Shown here: piece by piece, positions 10,475 through 22,429 of the stretch
Layout: each line of letters starts with the position of its first letter
Position numbering within the stretch: position 1 is the first letter of the stretch
Assembly (NCBI GenBank): GCA_951406725.2
Contig: OX597819.1
Coordinates: 248,001 to 312,000 of the forward strand
Origin: Octopus vulgaris
Lineage: Eukaryota
Length of the DNA stretch: 64,000 nucleotides
Direction: 5' to 3'
Notes under the pieces: generated by a model
Told to the model about the DNA's origin: nothing
The model's input: the letters and a program-made list of their open reading frames with translations, nothing else
The model's database searches: none
Made by a program: the position numbers and the translations under genes

Positions 10475-12840
10475 GTGAGAGAGAGAGAGAGAGAGAAAGA
10501 GAGACTGGCTTGACTCTTTCTCTCTCATTTTTGAACCCACCCAGAACTATAATAGTGTTCTATAAACTCATGGCAACCAATATGTTCTTTATTAAAAAAA
10601 TTTCTGAAACCGACAATACAAAAGTGTAATCACTATGGTTAATGATTGATTTTGAAATAGTTTTCACCTGTATTAAAATTCTGTTGGTATTCCATAATGT
10701 TGCAAGAAAGTTAGTTTGTCAAGAGACACCTGAATGTCTTGAATGCCAGTCAATAATGGCTTTTTAAATTTATGGAAATTAAAAAAAGCATGTTTCAAGG
10801 AGATAGGCTATAGCACAAATGATTGATGTTCTGCTAAGAAATATTAGATTGTCAATGCTATATGTAACCTTATCATTATGCAAATGTATACACTTTTCTA
10901 ATCGACAGAATGCAGATTAATGGTTTTGTTTTCCTCTACTACTACTCCTCCACATTATATAAAATTTAATAAAGAAACAACTACATTATTCATCCATCAA
11001 AAGAGTTTTTCACAAGAGGTTAACACTCTAGCTTTTCACTTTAGAGTCTCTCTCTCTGTATGTCCCAAGTTTCAGACTCGGGGGAAAATGAATACATGAC
11101 AGTATTACATGCTGTTTCCAAAGAGCAGCAGATATTCATATGCAGTTCTCTCATACAGTGAAAAGGTCACAAGTGGAAGACTAACCAACATGTTATAAGG
11201 CATGCACCAAATTTGAACATCTTAATTTCTGTTTCAGATAAAAAAAGGAATCAATAGTGGTAAATTTCAATCTGACAGAAAATTAAAAGGAGGCCTGCTA
11301 ACATTTGTGGCTCTGGCCACCAAGCACAAGGATTTGAAAATGACCAGTTCTTTGAACATGACCAGATCCCTTGTGTCCAAGATTGGGAATCAGCTGGAGG
11401 CCACTGAAGAGATATGTTATAATTGGTCAAGAGAAAAGAGCATATTCAGACATCGTCAGATCAGTAAATTGATGAAGGCCATCATTGAGCAGTTCAATAT
11501 GGTAGAGACCACTATTGACTGTGTAATACATTAGGCAGGAGTCCTATATTATAAAGAGAGGGCAATTCATCTGTGGCAAAACCTGGGAGGATCATATTAC
11601 CCCAGCATCATTTAGCCTCCTATATTGAACCTACAGGGAAGAACTCCTTGGAGGTTACTACTGTGGTTGTTTGTGAGCAACATGGATGGAAGCCACTTGA
11701 TCCTCATAGGAAGTCATTTTCATTGTGTGGAAACAGGCCATGCCTGCCTATATATTATTGATGAATTTAAATATCTAAAATATCACATACTAGTGCCACT
11801 TTCCAGTTAATTTGTTGATAATGATCAATTGCCATATAACAGCCAATTCAAAAACATGTGAAATGCAAAACAGATTTCAGAGTATAGATATCAAACACTT
11901 AAGACTGGTGCTGTTAATGTAAATTTTAAGCTTAAGTTTGTCACAATGTAAGCCCAGCAGCGAAGTGATGGTAGTGCTTAAACTGAAAGGCTCCATGAAA
12001 TGTTTGCTGCATTAACAAGCAGCAAGATGAATACAAGAAAACAAAGTTGGTTCCAGTAAGATAGAAGATACAGCATAATGAGAATAATTGAAGTTTTTCA
12101 GGTGGTTTTCTTTTGAATAAAGTGTAGGATGTTGGTCATTGAAAGTGCATCATTGCATTTAATGAAAACAGTACTTTACAATGGGTTATATTCAATCAAA
12201 ATGTTGCATCATTAACTCAGAACTAAAGTGCTTATTTGTCCTGAAGAGGAAAACAAAATTTTTTTTTATACTATTTTAATAATATTAAGAATATGGAGAA
12301 TTCCAGAGAAACAACAGACTTTACATTATTTCTTTCTATAATTTCTTTAAAAATCATTGCATTAATAAGATTCCTATTTTAATGAAAACAACTATTTTTA
12401 CTAAAAAGATATCTGATTTACAATGAAGTTCTGTCTCATGAGAGAAAAACAAACTTGTTGGAGAGAATTGCAAAACTTTCAAAGCTCAACTGAATGGCTT
12501 ATTATGAATGCAATAAAAATTGAAATCCAATCTAATTATTTAGAATATTTTTTGTATAACCTTCACATAAATGATATGTGATATATAATTAAATTATTAT
12601 GAAAAGATTACTGACTCAAAGTATCAATTGTCTGTTATATTATCCTTAAGATAAGCAGTCATTTATCTTATATTTATCAGCCTCAACACATTTCTCCAAA
12701 TAATTTTACCAACATTATTATAGTGAGTGTGCTCCTAGTTTGTTAAAAAATAAACAAAATAAGAAGTCCACATTGATTTGTTGTAGAAAAGTCTCTGTGA
12801 AAACACAAACTATATTCAATAAACAAGTGTAAAACCTCAC

Positions 12841-12892
12841 ACTTCAGTAATAGTTTTTACTTCACAAAGACATACACAAATCAGTGAGCTAC
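12841..12892 (-). CDS. Gene 1 exon ((G)SSLICVCLCEVKTITE(V))
   Basis: tttag acceptor, gtgagg donor, 52 nt. Phase 1->2 fits both neighbours. Confidence 0.65.
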
Positions 12893-13048
12893 CTAAACCA
12901 TTCATAAATCAATTACATGTTAAAATCTCTTAAAATACATGTTCTACATTCTAACCTGAAGTACTGAATATTTTTTAAGACATGACTCAAAATATCAACT
13001 TAGCTTTTCAGTAATGACAATAACATAACCAAAATATTTAAGCCTCAC

Positions 13049-13086
13049 CTATTGTTCTAGTATGATAAGGCCTCACATATGTAATA
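13049..13086 (-). CDS. Gene 1 micro-exon (ITYVRPYHTRTI)
   Basis: T-rich ttcacag acceptor, ag|gtgagg donor, 38 nt. Only one frame is open (phase 2->1). Confidence 0.75.
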
Positions 13087-13260
13087 CTGTGAATTAAAAA
13101 AAAAACTTTGATCAAGTGAGATTATCTGAACAATCAGTACACACTGTAGCGATATTTAAGGGAATTAACTTCAGTAAGATTGGATCTTCAAAGCCAACTC
13201 CTCAGCAAAATGTTGACTTCGTATCAACTGTCCCTTTGTTTATTGCTTTAAGATTTTTAA

Positions 13261-13622
13261 ACAGCATGGTTGAGTGGTAAGAAGTTTGCTTTCCAACTAT
13301 ATGGTTCCAGGCTCAGTTTCACTGTGTAGCACCATGGAAAAGTGTCTTCTACTATAGCCAACCAGAACCTTGTGAGTGGATTTGATATAAGGAAACTGAA
13401 AGAAGCCCATTGTATAGATGTGTGTGTTTGAGTCTTTGTTCCCAACCACTGTTTGACCACTGTGCTTAAATCATTGTAACTTAATGGTTCAACAAAAGAG
13501 AACCAATAGAATAAGTACCAGGATTTAGAAAATAAAATACTGGGGTCGATTAATCTGACGAAAATTCTTCAAGGTGGTGCCCCAGAATGGCTGCAGTTTT
13601 ATGACTGAAACAAGATAAAAGA
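13261..13622 (+). mobile_element. SINE family A
   Basis: Homologous to the other family A copies, forward orientation. Confidence 0.85.
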
Positions 13623-13690
13623 CAATAGATTCCCAAAAGTAATAAAACTACTATAACACTCCCTTAAACAAAATTGTTATGATTGTTTAC

Positions 13691-13712
13691 TATCTCATGG
13701 GTTCTTTGTGAC
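13691..13712 (-). CDS. Gene 1 micro-exon ((G)HKEPMR(Y))
   Basis: ttctaatttag acceptor, gtaaac donor, 22 nt. Phase 1->2 is the phase the flanking exons require. Confidence 0.55.
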
Positions 13713-13811
13713 CTAAATTAGAAAGGTACAACTTGATAACATTTCTGTTATAAATACATTTCATTTCTGTCTTTTCTTTGGTCTCGGAATATATTTGCCA
13801 TTAAGCTTTAA

Positions 13812-14142
13812 CCCTTTCGCATTCAGATTACTCTCTCTCAAATGTAATGCTTGTTTATTCACATTGTTTGGAATTAATTATGGGATTATCTCATAGCTTC
13901 AAGATTCTAATGATGTAATTCTTTCTTTTTCTTTTTTCTTTTACTTGTTTCAGTCACTTGACTGCAGTCATGCTGGAGCACCGCCTTTAGTCGAGCAAAT
14001 CGACCCCAGGACTTATTCTTTGTAAGCCTAGTACTTATTTTATCGGTCTCGTTAGCTGAACCGCTAAGTTACGGGGACGTAAACACACCAGCATCGGCTG
14101 TCAAGCGATGTTGGGGGGACAAACACAGACACACAAACATAT

Positions 14143-14231
<89 letters not shown>

Positions 14232-14494
14232 CGATGGGCGTCTTTCAGTTTCCGTCTACCAAATCCACTCACAAGGCTTCGGTCGGCCCGAGGCTATAGT
14301 AGAAGACACTTGCCCAAGGTGCCACGCAGTGGAACTGAACCCAGAACCATGTGGTTGGTAAGCAAGCTACTTACCACACAGCCACTCCTACGCCTAATTG
14401 CTTATTTTTAGAATGACATTGTAGATCTGGCTGGTTTGAACAGAAAATAGATTGAATAGTAGGGCTGGATATGACTTGTCTAAATGCTAATGGC
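13812..14494. mobile_element. piggyBac-like MITE interrupted by a SINE
   Basis: TTAA|ccctttcgcattc at the left end and aaatgctaatggc|TTAA at the right end. Confidence 0.55.
13935..14395 (-). mobile_element. SINE family A, young full-length copy
   Basis: CpG-rich and very close to the 63133-63535 copy. Confidence 0.9.
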
Positions 14495-15257
14495 TTAAGA
14501 GTACCAAAAAAGAAAAAAAAAATTGGGGGCGATAAAAAAAGATTCCTGGAGTCTCTACATAGTGGACTGATCTCCAAGAAATAACCAAATATCCTTCCAA
14601 TCAATTTTAAGATAATGTAGTCTTAGGTGTAATTCTCAAAAGGCAAGATGATCATAGACGGATTGCCTTTGATATAGGATTACACATCAAAAACTTTTTA
14701 CCACCTTGATAATACTTATGTAACTAGATACAGCTATTTTTATAATGAAAAGATACTGACTGAATTGAGCTCATTATATTGCATTTTTTTTATTTTACTA
14801 AGAAGTGAAAGGCAAAGTTGATAGGATTTGAACTCATATCAGAGACATACTGATCTAGATTTTGTAGAGAACCTAACCTAACATGTTACTTTCATCATAA
14901 TAGGGGTATTGCTCCATATTTACTGACAAATTTCTGGTTAGAGAAACAGGTAAACTCAAAACAACTAAAAGGGAATACAAGATCAGCAAATAACACTCCA
15001 ATTAATAATACACAAATTTGATGGTATTTAGTAAATTAATTCATTTATTGTGCGTTATTTGTTTAGCCCCAGCTAAGCACTGATTAAACAGAACTACGAT
15101 CAAATGATATTCAAGCAATGACCCTTCCTATCTATAATATCCAGATTATATTACTTTTAGCAGATCAAGCAACTGTCCCTTGTCATTTATTTGAATATTA
15201 AGTTGGTGTTTTGGCATTCTAAAACCTATTGTGTAAAGTTTTTATGTATCAACGAAC

Positions 15258-15376
15258 CAGAGGTAGTCAGAGGAAAGTTATTATCAGAAGAGTTAAATGA
15301 TGGAGTTTCAATATGACTGCTATTGAACGAAAATTTATCAAGAGTTGGCATCAGTGTCAGTTTAGCATGTTTAATG
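15258..15376 (-). CDS. Gene 1 exon (IKHAKLTLMPTLDKFSFNSSHIETPSFNSSDNNFPLTTS)
   Basis: ttatttatttcttaag acceptor, g|gttcgt donor, 119 nt, phase 2->1. Its internal ATG could be the start codon. Confidence 0.65.
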
Positions 15377-15494
15377 CTTAAGAAATAAATAATCCTTTAT
15401 TCTAACTCATAAATAATGTCTATTATGAATGCTTGGTACATATCTCTACTGTTTTATCCTGACGTATTTAGTCCTTCAACATGGCAATTCTACT

Positions 15495-15846
15495 TTATTC
15501 TTTTACTTGTTTCAGTCATTTAACTGCAGCCATGCTGGAGCACTGCCCTAAAGAGTTTTAGCCAAAGAAATCGACCTCAGGATTTATTCTTTGTAAGCCT
15601 AATACTTATTCTATTAGCTTATGGGGACATAAACACACCAGCTTCATTTATCAAGCAATAGCAAGGGGACGAACACACACACACAACTGGCTTTTTTCAG
15701 TTTCCATCTACGAAATCAATTCTTTGGCTTTGGTTGGCCCAAGGCTATAGTAGAAGCCACTTACCCAAGGTGGCACACAATAGGACTGAACCCCAAACCA
15801 TGTGGTTGGGAAGCAAGCTTCTTACCATACAGCCATACATGCACCT
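15495..15846 (-). mobile_element. SINE family A
   Basis: Homologous to the other family A copies. Confidence 0.85.
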
Positions 15847-16309
15847 ATTAATTAAAACTTATTAATTAAAAACTAGTTATAATTCTCTTGGGAAGGTAAA
15901 CTGTTAGAGGTTAGGATCCTTTTCTGGAATAAGTGTCATCTACTAAATACTTGGCTTCTAGAATATATCAGTGATGATAACCACTCGTCAAGAGATGTTT
16001 TATTGAGATCAAATCAATATCAATATGTTTTGTATCAGCAGCATTAGTTTGGTAAATGAAGAGAGTAGAAAGAAATGAGCAAATCTAAATATTTTATGAT
16101 TGACACCAGAGAACAGAGAAAAAGAAAAAAAATCTACGGACATTTATTTAAACTAGAACTAAAGACACAAACGTGCCAAAAATGCAGTGCATAAAACTAT
16201 CTTGAAACCTAGTGCAGCATAGACAAATCTTAGTGAACTGAATGATACTGATGAGAAGAGACCAAGCACCATTTATTTATTAAGCTAAAAGATTGCTTCA
16301 GATCTTGTG

Positions 16310-16800
16310 TCTCATTATCATTATGTCATGTAGGTTGCATAGGTCTTCTCTAAACACAATATCTCAACACTTGTTGCCATTCAATATCATTTCCTTCATG
16401 AGGTTCATTCAGCATTGTGAGATCAGTTTTCATCAATCTTCGTTTTCCACAAGTTCCTTGAATTTGGATAACTTGGCACTCCTTTACCCAATTGTCACCC
16501 TTCATTCAAATCACATGCCCATACCAGAGTAGCCTTCACTTTTGTATGCCATGTCTGATTCCTCTTCAGCCCTTCATCATCGAGTGAAGTATGCTTGCTC
16601 CATTTCTTTCCAATTTTTGTCTGTTCATCATATTCAATGCTCATATTTCACTTTTATGTAACATCATACTTTGTGCACCTGCTATTCACTTAGAGAATCT
16701 TTTTGATGCCTTCAGAGGTATTAACTGCCAGCTATGTTTTCAGAACCACTATCACACTGCCAATTAGGTAACTTTAGACATCAGAAGCTATCATTTACTT
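16310..16800 (-). mobile_element. Highly degraded RTE-like LINE 3' fragment
   Basis: Minus-strand remnants (WYGHVI-like, ggtatgggcatgtgatt) of an RTE reverse transcriptase C-terminal region. Confidence 0.45.
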
Positions 16801-17234
16801 TTATGAAGTTTTTCAAAGATTAAATTTGGTGCTTTTATGGATATAGTTATATTTTGCTAGTTCATCATTTAAATGCCTTAAATAACAATCTGGATATTAG
16901 TATACTTAGTTATCAAAATACTGAAAATATAAAATACAGCATTAAACATTACAAATAAACATATAAAAAATTCTTCCACTGTAGATATTACATTCATTTT
17001 TGAAGTTCTTCATAATTCAACAATATCTTGCATTGAAACAAATGAGGAAAGAAATAAGTATCTGAATTCAAGAAAAGAAATAATAATGTTTGTCTCCTAT
17101 TCACATGGCTCATTCCTAAAATTGACAGGAGTGGAACGAATTATAAAATAGGGTAAAGTTAACCGAAAGGGAAATTACAAGAATCACAAAACTTTTAATA
17201 AACTATAAAAGTAAATGAATAACTAAATAATTAC

Positions 17235-17269
17235 AAAACCATTATCTTGGAGGGAAGAAATTCAATGAT
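17235..17269 (-). CDS. Tentative gene 1 exon (IIEFLPSKIMV(F))
   Basis: tttttgttaag acceptor, gtaatt donor. Phase 0->2 is compatible with the 15376 exon. Confidence 0.35.
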
Positions 17270-17356
17270 CTTAACAAAAATTAATGAAATGGTATAAGTT
17301 AACAGACAAAGAGAGGAGCTTGAAATCTGACTGACAAACAATACAATAAGTACATA

Positions 17357-18199
17357 CATGGTCTGATCAATAAGTATCCAGAATGTTGCTATAGTAATGA
17401 AGCTAAAGCATGGCGAGTGAAGCCACTCGGTACTGATTGAACTTGGACTCTGCTGTGCATGCACACTAAGTTTTAACATTCTAGCTCACTTCCACTGTTT
17501 ACAGCAGTGCTTGGAAGGAAGGTGTGTAGCGTGTGATTGTTGCATTGACCATCCATGGCAGAGAAGTTGAGCAGAGAATCTACAAATTTTGCCAAAAGCT
17601 TGATGAAACCTGCTCAGAGGCCTATGCAAAGTTTTCAAAAAAGTTTTCATCATTCTCAAGACAATCAAGATCTTGGGCAACTGAAACCCAAGTGTCTTTT
17701 TGGTCAGTTGAAAACAGTTTTGGCACAAATTTGGCAGACATGCATCTCATACCCAAATCTTCAGTGATAATGGACTGAACTGAACCATAATTAATCTGCA
17801 CATCCTCTGATAACTCATAGATGGTGATTCAACAGTTTCCCCTCACAGCTGCACACACATCTGTGATGTTTTTCTTAGTTCAGCTGGTTGCAGCTCTCCC
17901 ATAACATTCATCAATATCAACATTTTCCTGGTCGTCTTGGAAACGTTGAAACCACTCATACACTTGGGTGCAGCTCAAACTCCTCTCCATGCACTTTCTC
18001 TGTCATGGTCAATGCGACGATCACATGCTACACACCTTCCTACGAAGCACTGCTGTGAACAGCAGAAGTGAGCTGCAATGTTAAAACTTAGTGCACATGC
18101 ACAGCAGAGGTCAAGGTCAATCTGTGCAAGCAGCTTCACTCTGCATGCTTTAGCTTCATTACTATGGCAACAGTCTGGATACTTATTGATCAGACCTCG
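17357..18199. mobile_element. Rearranged mariner-derived MITE built from two 5' ends
   Basis: TA target duplication and inverted ends of about 190 bp (ggtctgatcaataagtatcc). Transposase N-terminal remnants lie on both strands (EQR..KFCQKL on plus; QVYEWFQRF...AKFVPK on minus). Confidence 0.85.
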
Positions 18200-19072
18200 T
18201 ACATACACAGAGGATGTTGACAAACTTATTGGAACATGAAAAACAATGCAAGATGAATAGATTATCCTTTTATTAAAAGCATGTAAGCCATATATCAGAA
18301 AAAAGGGGGGAGGGGTGGAAAATGTTTCATTTATACTCTACTACAAAATCATTAACTACAAAAGAAATTTATAATAATTTCAGCTGAGAATTGAAGCTGT
18401 ATCTTAGACTAAGCTTTACCTATCTGAGAAATATTACTTTTCTGTCTTGGAAAAGAGACAACCTCAAGACCCAATGGATTTAAGTTGGCAATAATGATTC
18501 TAACTTATGTACAAACACAGAATGATAAATTACATCTAAGTGAAAGACAGATAACAACAGGCTGCTAATTAGTGCCAAGTAGCATTTAGTCAAGAGAATT
18601 CTTTAAATTTGTAAGCAGAAAGTTTGAGAAATTACTTTTTGAGTATAACTTAGAAAGAATAATGAAAAAAAAACTATTTAAGGGATGTCAGCCAGTAGGT
18701 TACTGCACCACAAAAAAATTCTTAATATTTCATATAGTTTCACAAAAAACTTTTAAACATTAGTGACACAGCAAAAAAAAAGTTTACCCCGAACAAACCC
18801 TTTAATTTAATAGTGCTTTTTCCTTTTTATCATAACACTAGCAGTAGAGGGATTGTAACAAGTTTCTATTAAAATAATGTATCAATAGAATTACCATTTT
18901 ATTTTTCCAAAGAAAGTTTTGTAAATAGTAAGTCAAACCACTCAATATAAGAGCTTGTTAGCAAACTCTGACAGAATGAAGTAAATTTTAACCAATGCCA
19001 AGAATCAAAAAGAAATTAAAAGGCAGTAAGTAAAATACATTAATTGCCCAAAATCAATTCCATTCAAGTAAA

Positions 19073-19289
19073 TATTGGTTTCAAATTTTGGTACAAGGCC
19101 AGCAATTTTGGGGAGCAGGTAAACCAATTACATCGACCCCAGTACTCAACTGGTTGTTATTTTAACGACCCCAAAAGGATGAAAGATAAAGTCAACATTG
19201 GTGGAATTCAAACTCGAAATGTGAAGACGGATGAAATGCCATTCAGCATTTTGCCTGGTGTACCAACAATTCTGCCAGTTCACCACCGT
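19073..19289 (-). mobile_element. SINE family C
   Basis: Homologous to 9450-9666. Confidence 0.8.
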
Positions 19290-19639
19290 TTACAAATTAA
19301 TAAACATTGATTTCTCTAAATTTCATGAAAAAAAGGGTTAGAATTTTAATCAAATCCAGTATTTGATGTTTTATTGAACCCGGAGGAACAAAATGCAAAA
19401 TAAACTTTACTGAATAACTTTTCCATGATGTAATTACTTTAGTATCAACACAGTCTCATACTATGTCACTTGCTAGATAAGTACAATTACAAAAAAGACT
19501 GATTAGAATATTTTTTGTGTTTACCATTTCTTATTTATATTTTTTACTGCCTATCACAAGACAAAATCTGCAAAGAAATGAAGCAAACATGTGTCGCTGG
19601 ACATGTAATGTTAATGAGCATGAATGACAGCAGAGCACA

Positions 19640-20150
19640 AATGGACATAGAGAAAAACTGGCTATAACATTTGAGGTGGATTTACAAGTTGTTAAAAAAT
19701 GGGTAAGGAAGTGGTTAGTAACTTTCAACCCTGACAAGACCAAACTCATGTCTTTCAGTAGGAAGCAGGATTGTCACATTTGGGTAGGTGCACCATCTTG
19801 TCACTTGGCTCTCCTCAATAGGGTTCAGAAGTGATTCTCTAATTTGATTGGTTCCTCTCTTGCTTCAATTCTGTAACCCTTGTCACAGCAACATGATGCC
19901 ACTAGTCTTAGTCTGTTCTATTGTTATTACCACAGAAAGTGCTCTGATGAAATTTTTCTTTTGGTTCCAAATCACTTGGTGCCATCTTGTCTGACTCGAA
20001 ATGCACATCTTCATCCAAATGCTGCTGTGCATCCAGGAATAAGGAAGTCTTTCTAGGGTCATAGGTTTTTTCCCCTCAAACTGCCAGACTTTCGAACTCT
20101 CTCTCATCTCAGTACTTTTCCTTTTCTTATGATCTGAACTCACTAAAGAA
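19640..20150 (+). mobile_element. Degenerate CR1/Jockey-group LINE 3' fragment
   Basis: DLQVVKKWVRKWLVTFNPDKTKLMSFSR, then HIWVGAP...LLNRVQK, typical of sequence downstream of the RT domain. Confidence 0.7.
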
Positions 20151-20483
20151 AATTCATTCCTTTTGTCTTAATCTCATTAATTTCTCCTTGTTTATAGTCT
20201 TTTACACAAGGTTTTTCACCTTGTTTTCAACTTTATTAAAAAAAAGACTGTGGTTGATACAGACATGGGATGCATATGAAAGATGTCAGTTGTGTAAAAG
20301 TGACAAACATTCCAAGTGATAAGAACATGAGACCAAAGACAACATAGGATGAAGTGGTGGGAAATGATCTCAAGAAGACAAATCTCACAAGATGACAAAT
20401 GGCAAAACACTGTACTGGAAAGGACCTATCCAGATCATGCAAGCATAGTAAGATAGACATCCTTATCATTGTGCTTGAGAAGC

Positions 20484-20524
<41 letters not shown>

Positions 20525-20529
<5 letters not shown>

Positions 20530-20745
20530 CTTAGTTTCTTTGTCAAAGCTCTTTCGTCACACAATCTATGACCACTTCAGTGACTCTCTGTCCGTGTGTC
20601 TCCTCTTGTTCTGCTTGATTCCCATTCCTATTATTCATTTCCTAAATGGAATAAGCAGAACAAGACAAGACACATGGGGTAGAGAGTCACTGAAGAGGTC
20701 ACTAGATGCCTGACGAAAGAACTTCGACAAAGGAACTAAAATTAT
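20525..20745. mobile_element. Fold-back PLE terminus with hammerhead motifs on both strands
   Basis: Inverted arms of about 90 bp. Plus strand 20686-20728 reads gtca-CTGAAGA-g-gtca...tgac-GAAA-gaac-TT-cgac, with a mirror copy on the minus strand at about 20542-20584. Adjacent to (TA)n. Confidence 0.7.
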
Positions 20746-21699
20746 GATAATAATAAAGCTGAAGTGAAGACCAAATATACAGTGTGTTTAATTAATAAAA
20801 TATGACCATCCCAAGTATAATGTCTGTTTCAACACACAATTTTACATCAAGAATCTTGCAAAACATATACATACACACATACACACACACACATATATAT
20901 ACACATTGTTCTCTCCCAAGCCTAAATCCCCTTCACTCTGCATCCTCATTATCCCCTTCATGATTCATCTCTTCCCTCATACTCTGTCTCATTTCTTCAC
21001 TCCAGCAGGACTAAATCATTCCTTTCACTTCAATTTCACCCCAGCCTTCTATTGGCACACATATAAAAAAAACTGTACTGAACACTTTCCTGGGTCACAT
21101 CAATTGCCACCCAACACTTTACCTTACTACTTATCCCTCACACATCTAGGCTTCCCTCACACTTTTTCTTCCTACATTCCCCCACTGCTTCCAGCCATTC
21201 CAATTATGCTGCCGCCTTCTTTACAGTCAGACACTGCTCTTCCCCCTACCTCTATGGTCGCCTCCAGTTTCTCTTTCCGTCACTGCACTCATCTCCACCC
21301 CTTCATTTTCTCACTGTCCTCTCCTCACAACCTGTCTCCTCAACACCACCATTCTCTCCTAGCCTACTCATTGAACCCACACCTCTATTTCCTTTAACAA
21401 CTCATTAGATTCCTTGCTATTCTCATCAATTTCTCCCTATTTTGTTTCCTTTTCCTCAAACCTTCCACCCACTCACCCTTACAATGCTGAATACCTTTGG
21501 ATCCATCCAACACAACAGACATTACCGCCTTCCCACCCAACACCAATCCCTTCCACTCACTCCCACAAAAAAGGTTATTATTCTCTCCACTATCACCTTC
21601 TCACAACTATAAATCCGTTCCTCTCATCATCCTACCTAGAATCATTGTACCCTCTCTTCTATCAACCTTTAGTTACAGGGTCGCATTAAGCTCTTAGTT

Positions 21700-21912
21700 T
21701 TGCAAGGTGACCCCACCAGTGTTGATGTCACAAAAAAAAAAAAAAAAAAAACACAGCACCTAGTATACACTTTAAATGGTTGGCATTAGGAAGGGCATCC
21801 ACCCATAGAAACCATGCCAAAGCAGACAATGGACTTTGACGCAGTCATCTAACTTAACTTGTCAGATCCTGTCAAATCATCCAACCCATGCCAGTAGGAA
21901 AAACAAGTCAAA
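21700..21912 (+). mobile_element. SINE family B fragment
   Basis: ttggcattaggaagggcatcc...catccaacccatgccag. Confidence 0.7.
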
Positions 21913-22029
21913 TGAAAACAATATTCTCATTAATAAAAATAACAAATCTTGGGACAAAATTGCTTCTATCTAAAATACCAGATAATTCAACCATATCAAA
22001 CATCTAAGTGTCTAATTATCCTTTGTTTT

Positions 22030-22374
22030 CTCCATGCTGGAACACTGCCTTGAAGGGTTTGGTCAAACAAATAAACCCCAGTACTTATATTTTTTAAGTA
22101 TGGTACTTATTCTATCGGTTTCTTTTACTGAACTACTAAGTTAAAGGGACATAAACAAACCAATACTGGTTGTCAGATGAGGAAGGGGGACAACAAACAC
22201 AAAGACATGCACACAAGGGATTACTTTCAGTTTCCATCTACCAAATCCACTCACATGGCTTTGGTTGGACCAAGGCTAAAGAAAACACTTGCCAAGCAAG
22301 ATGCCATGCAGTGTAACTGAACGTGGAACCAAGTGGTTGGGACACAAATTCCTTACCATAGCCTTACCTGCACC
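22030..22374 (-). mobile_element. SINE family A
   Basis: Homologous to the other family A copies. Confidence 0.8.
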
Positions 22375-22429
22375 CAATTAATTGTATACCCCAAATATCT
22401 TCATAAACTAAATTATATATCTATCTATA

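Noticed and set aside
12137-12250. Short matches to gene 1 exon sequence (cattgaaagtgcat; taactcagaac) as further editing-complementary sequences
   Set aside because: The blocks are 14 nt or shorter and cannot be told from chance in AT-rich DNA by eye.
20906-21697. 163-aa and neighbouring Pro/Ser/Leu/His-rich ORFs
   Set aside because: Pyrimidine-rich degenerate sequence with few stop codons by composition and no recognisable domain. Probably retroelement debris.
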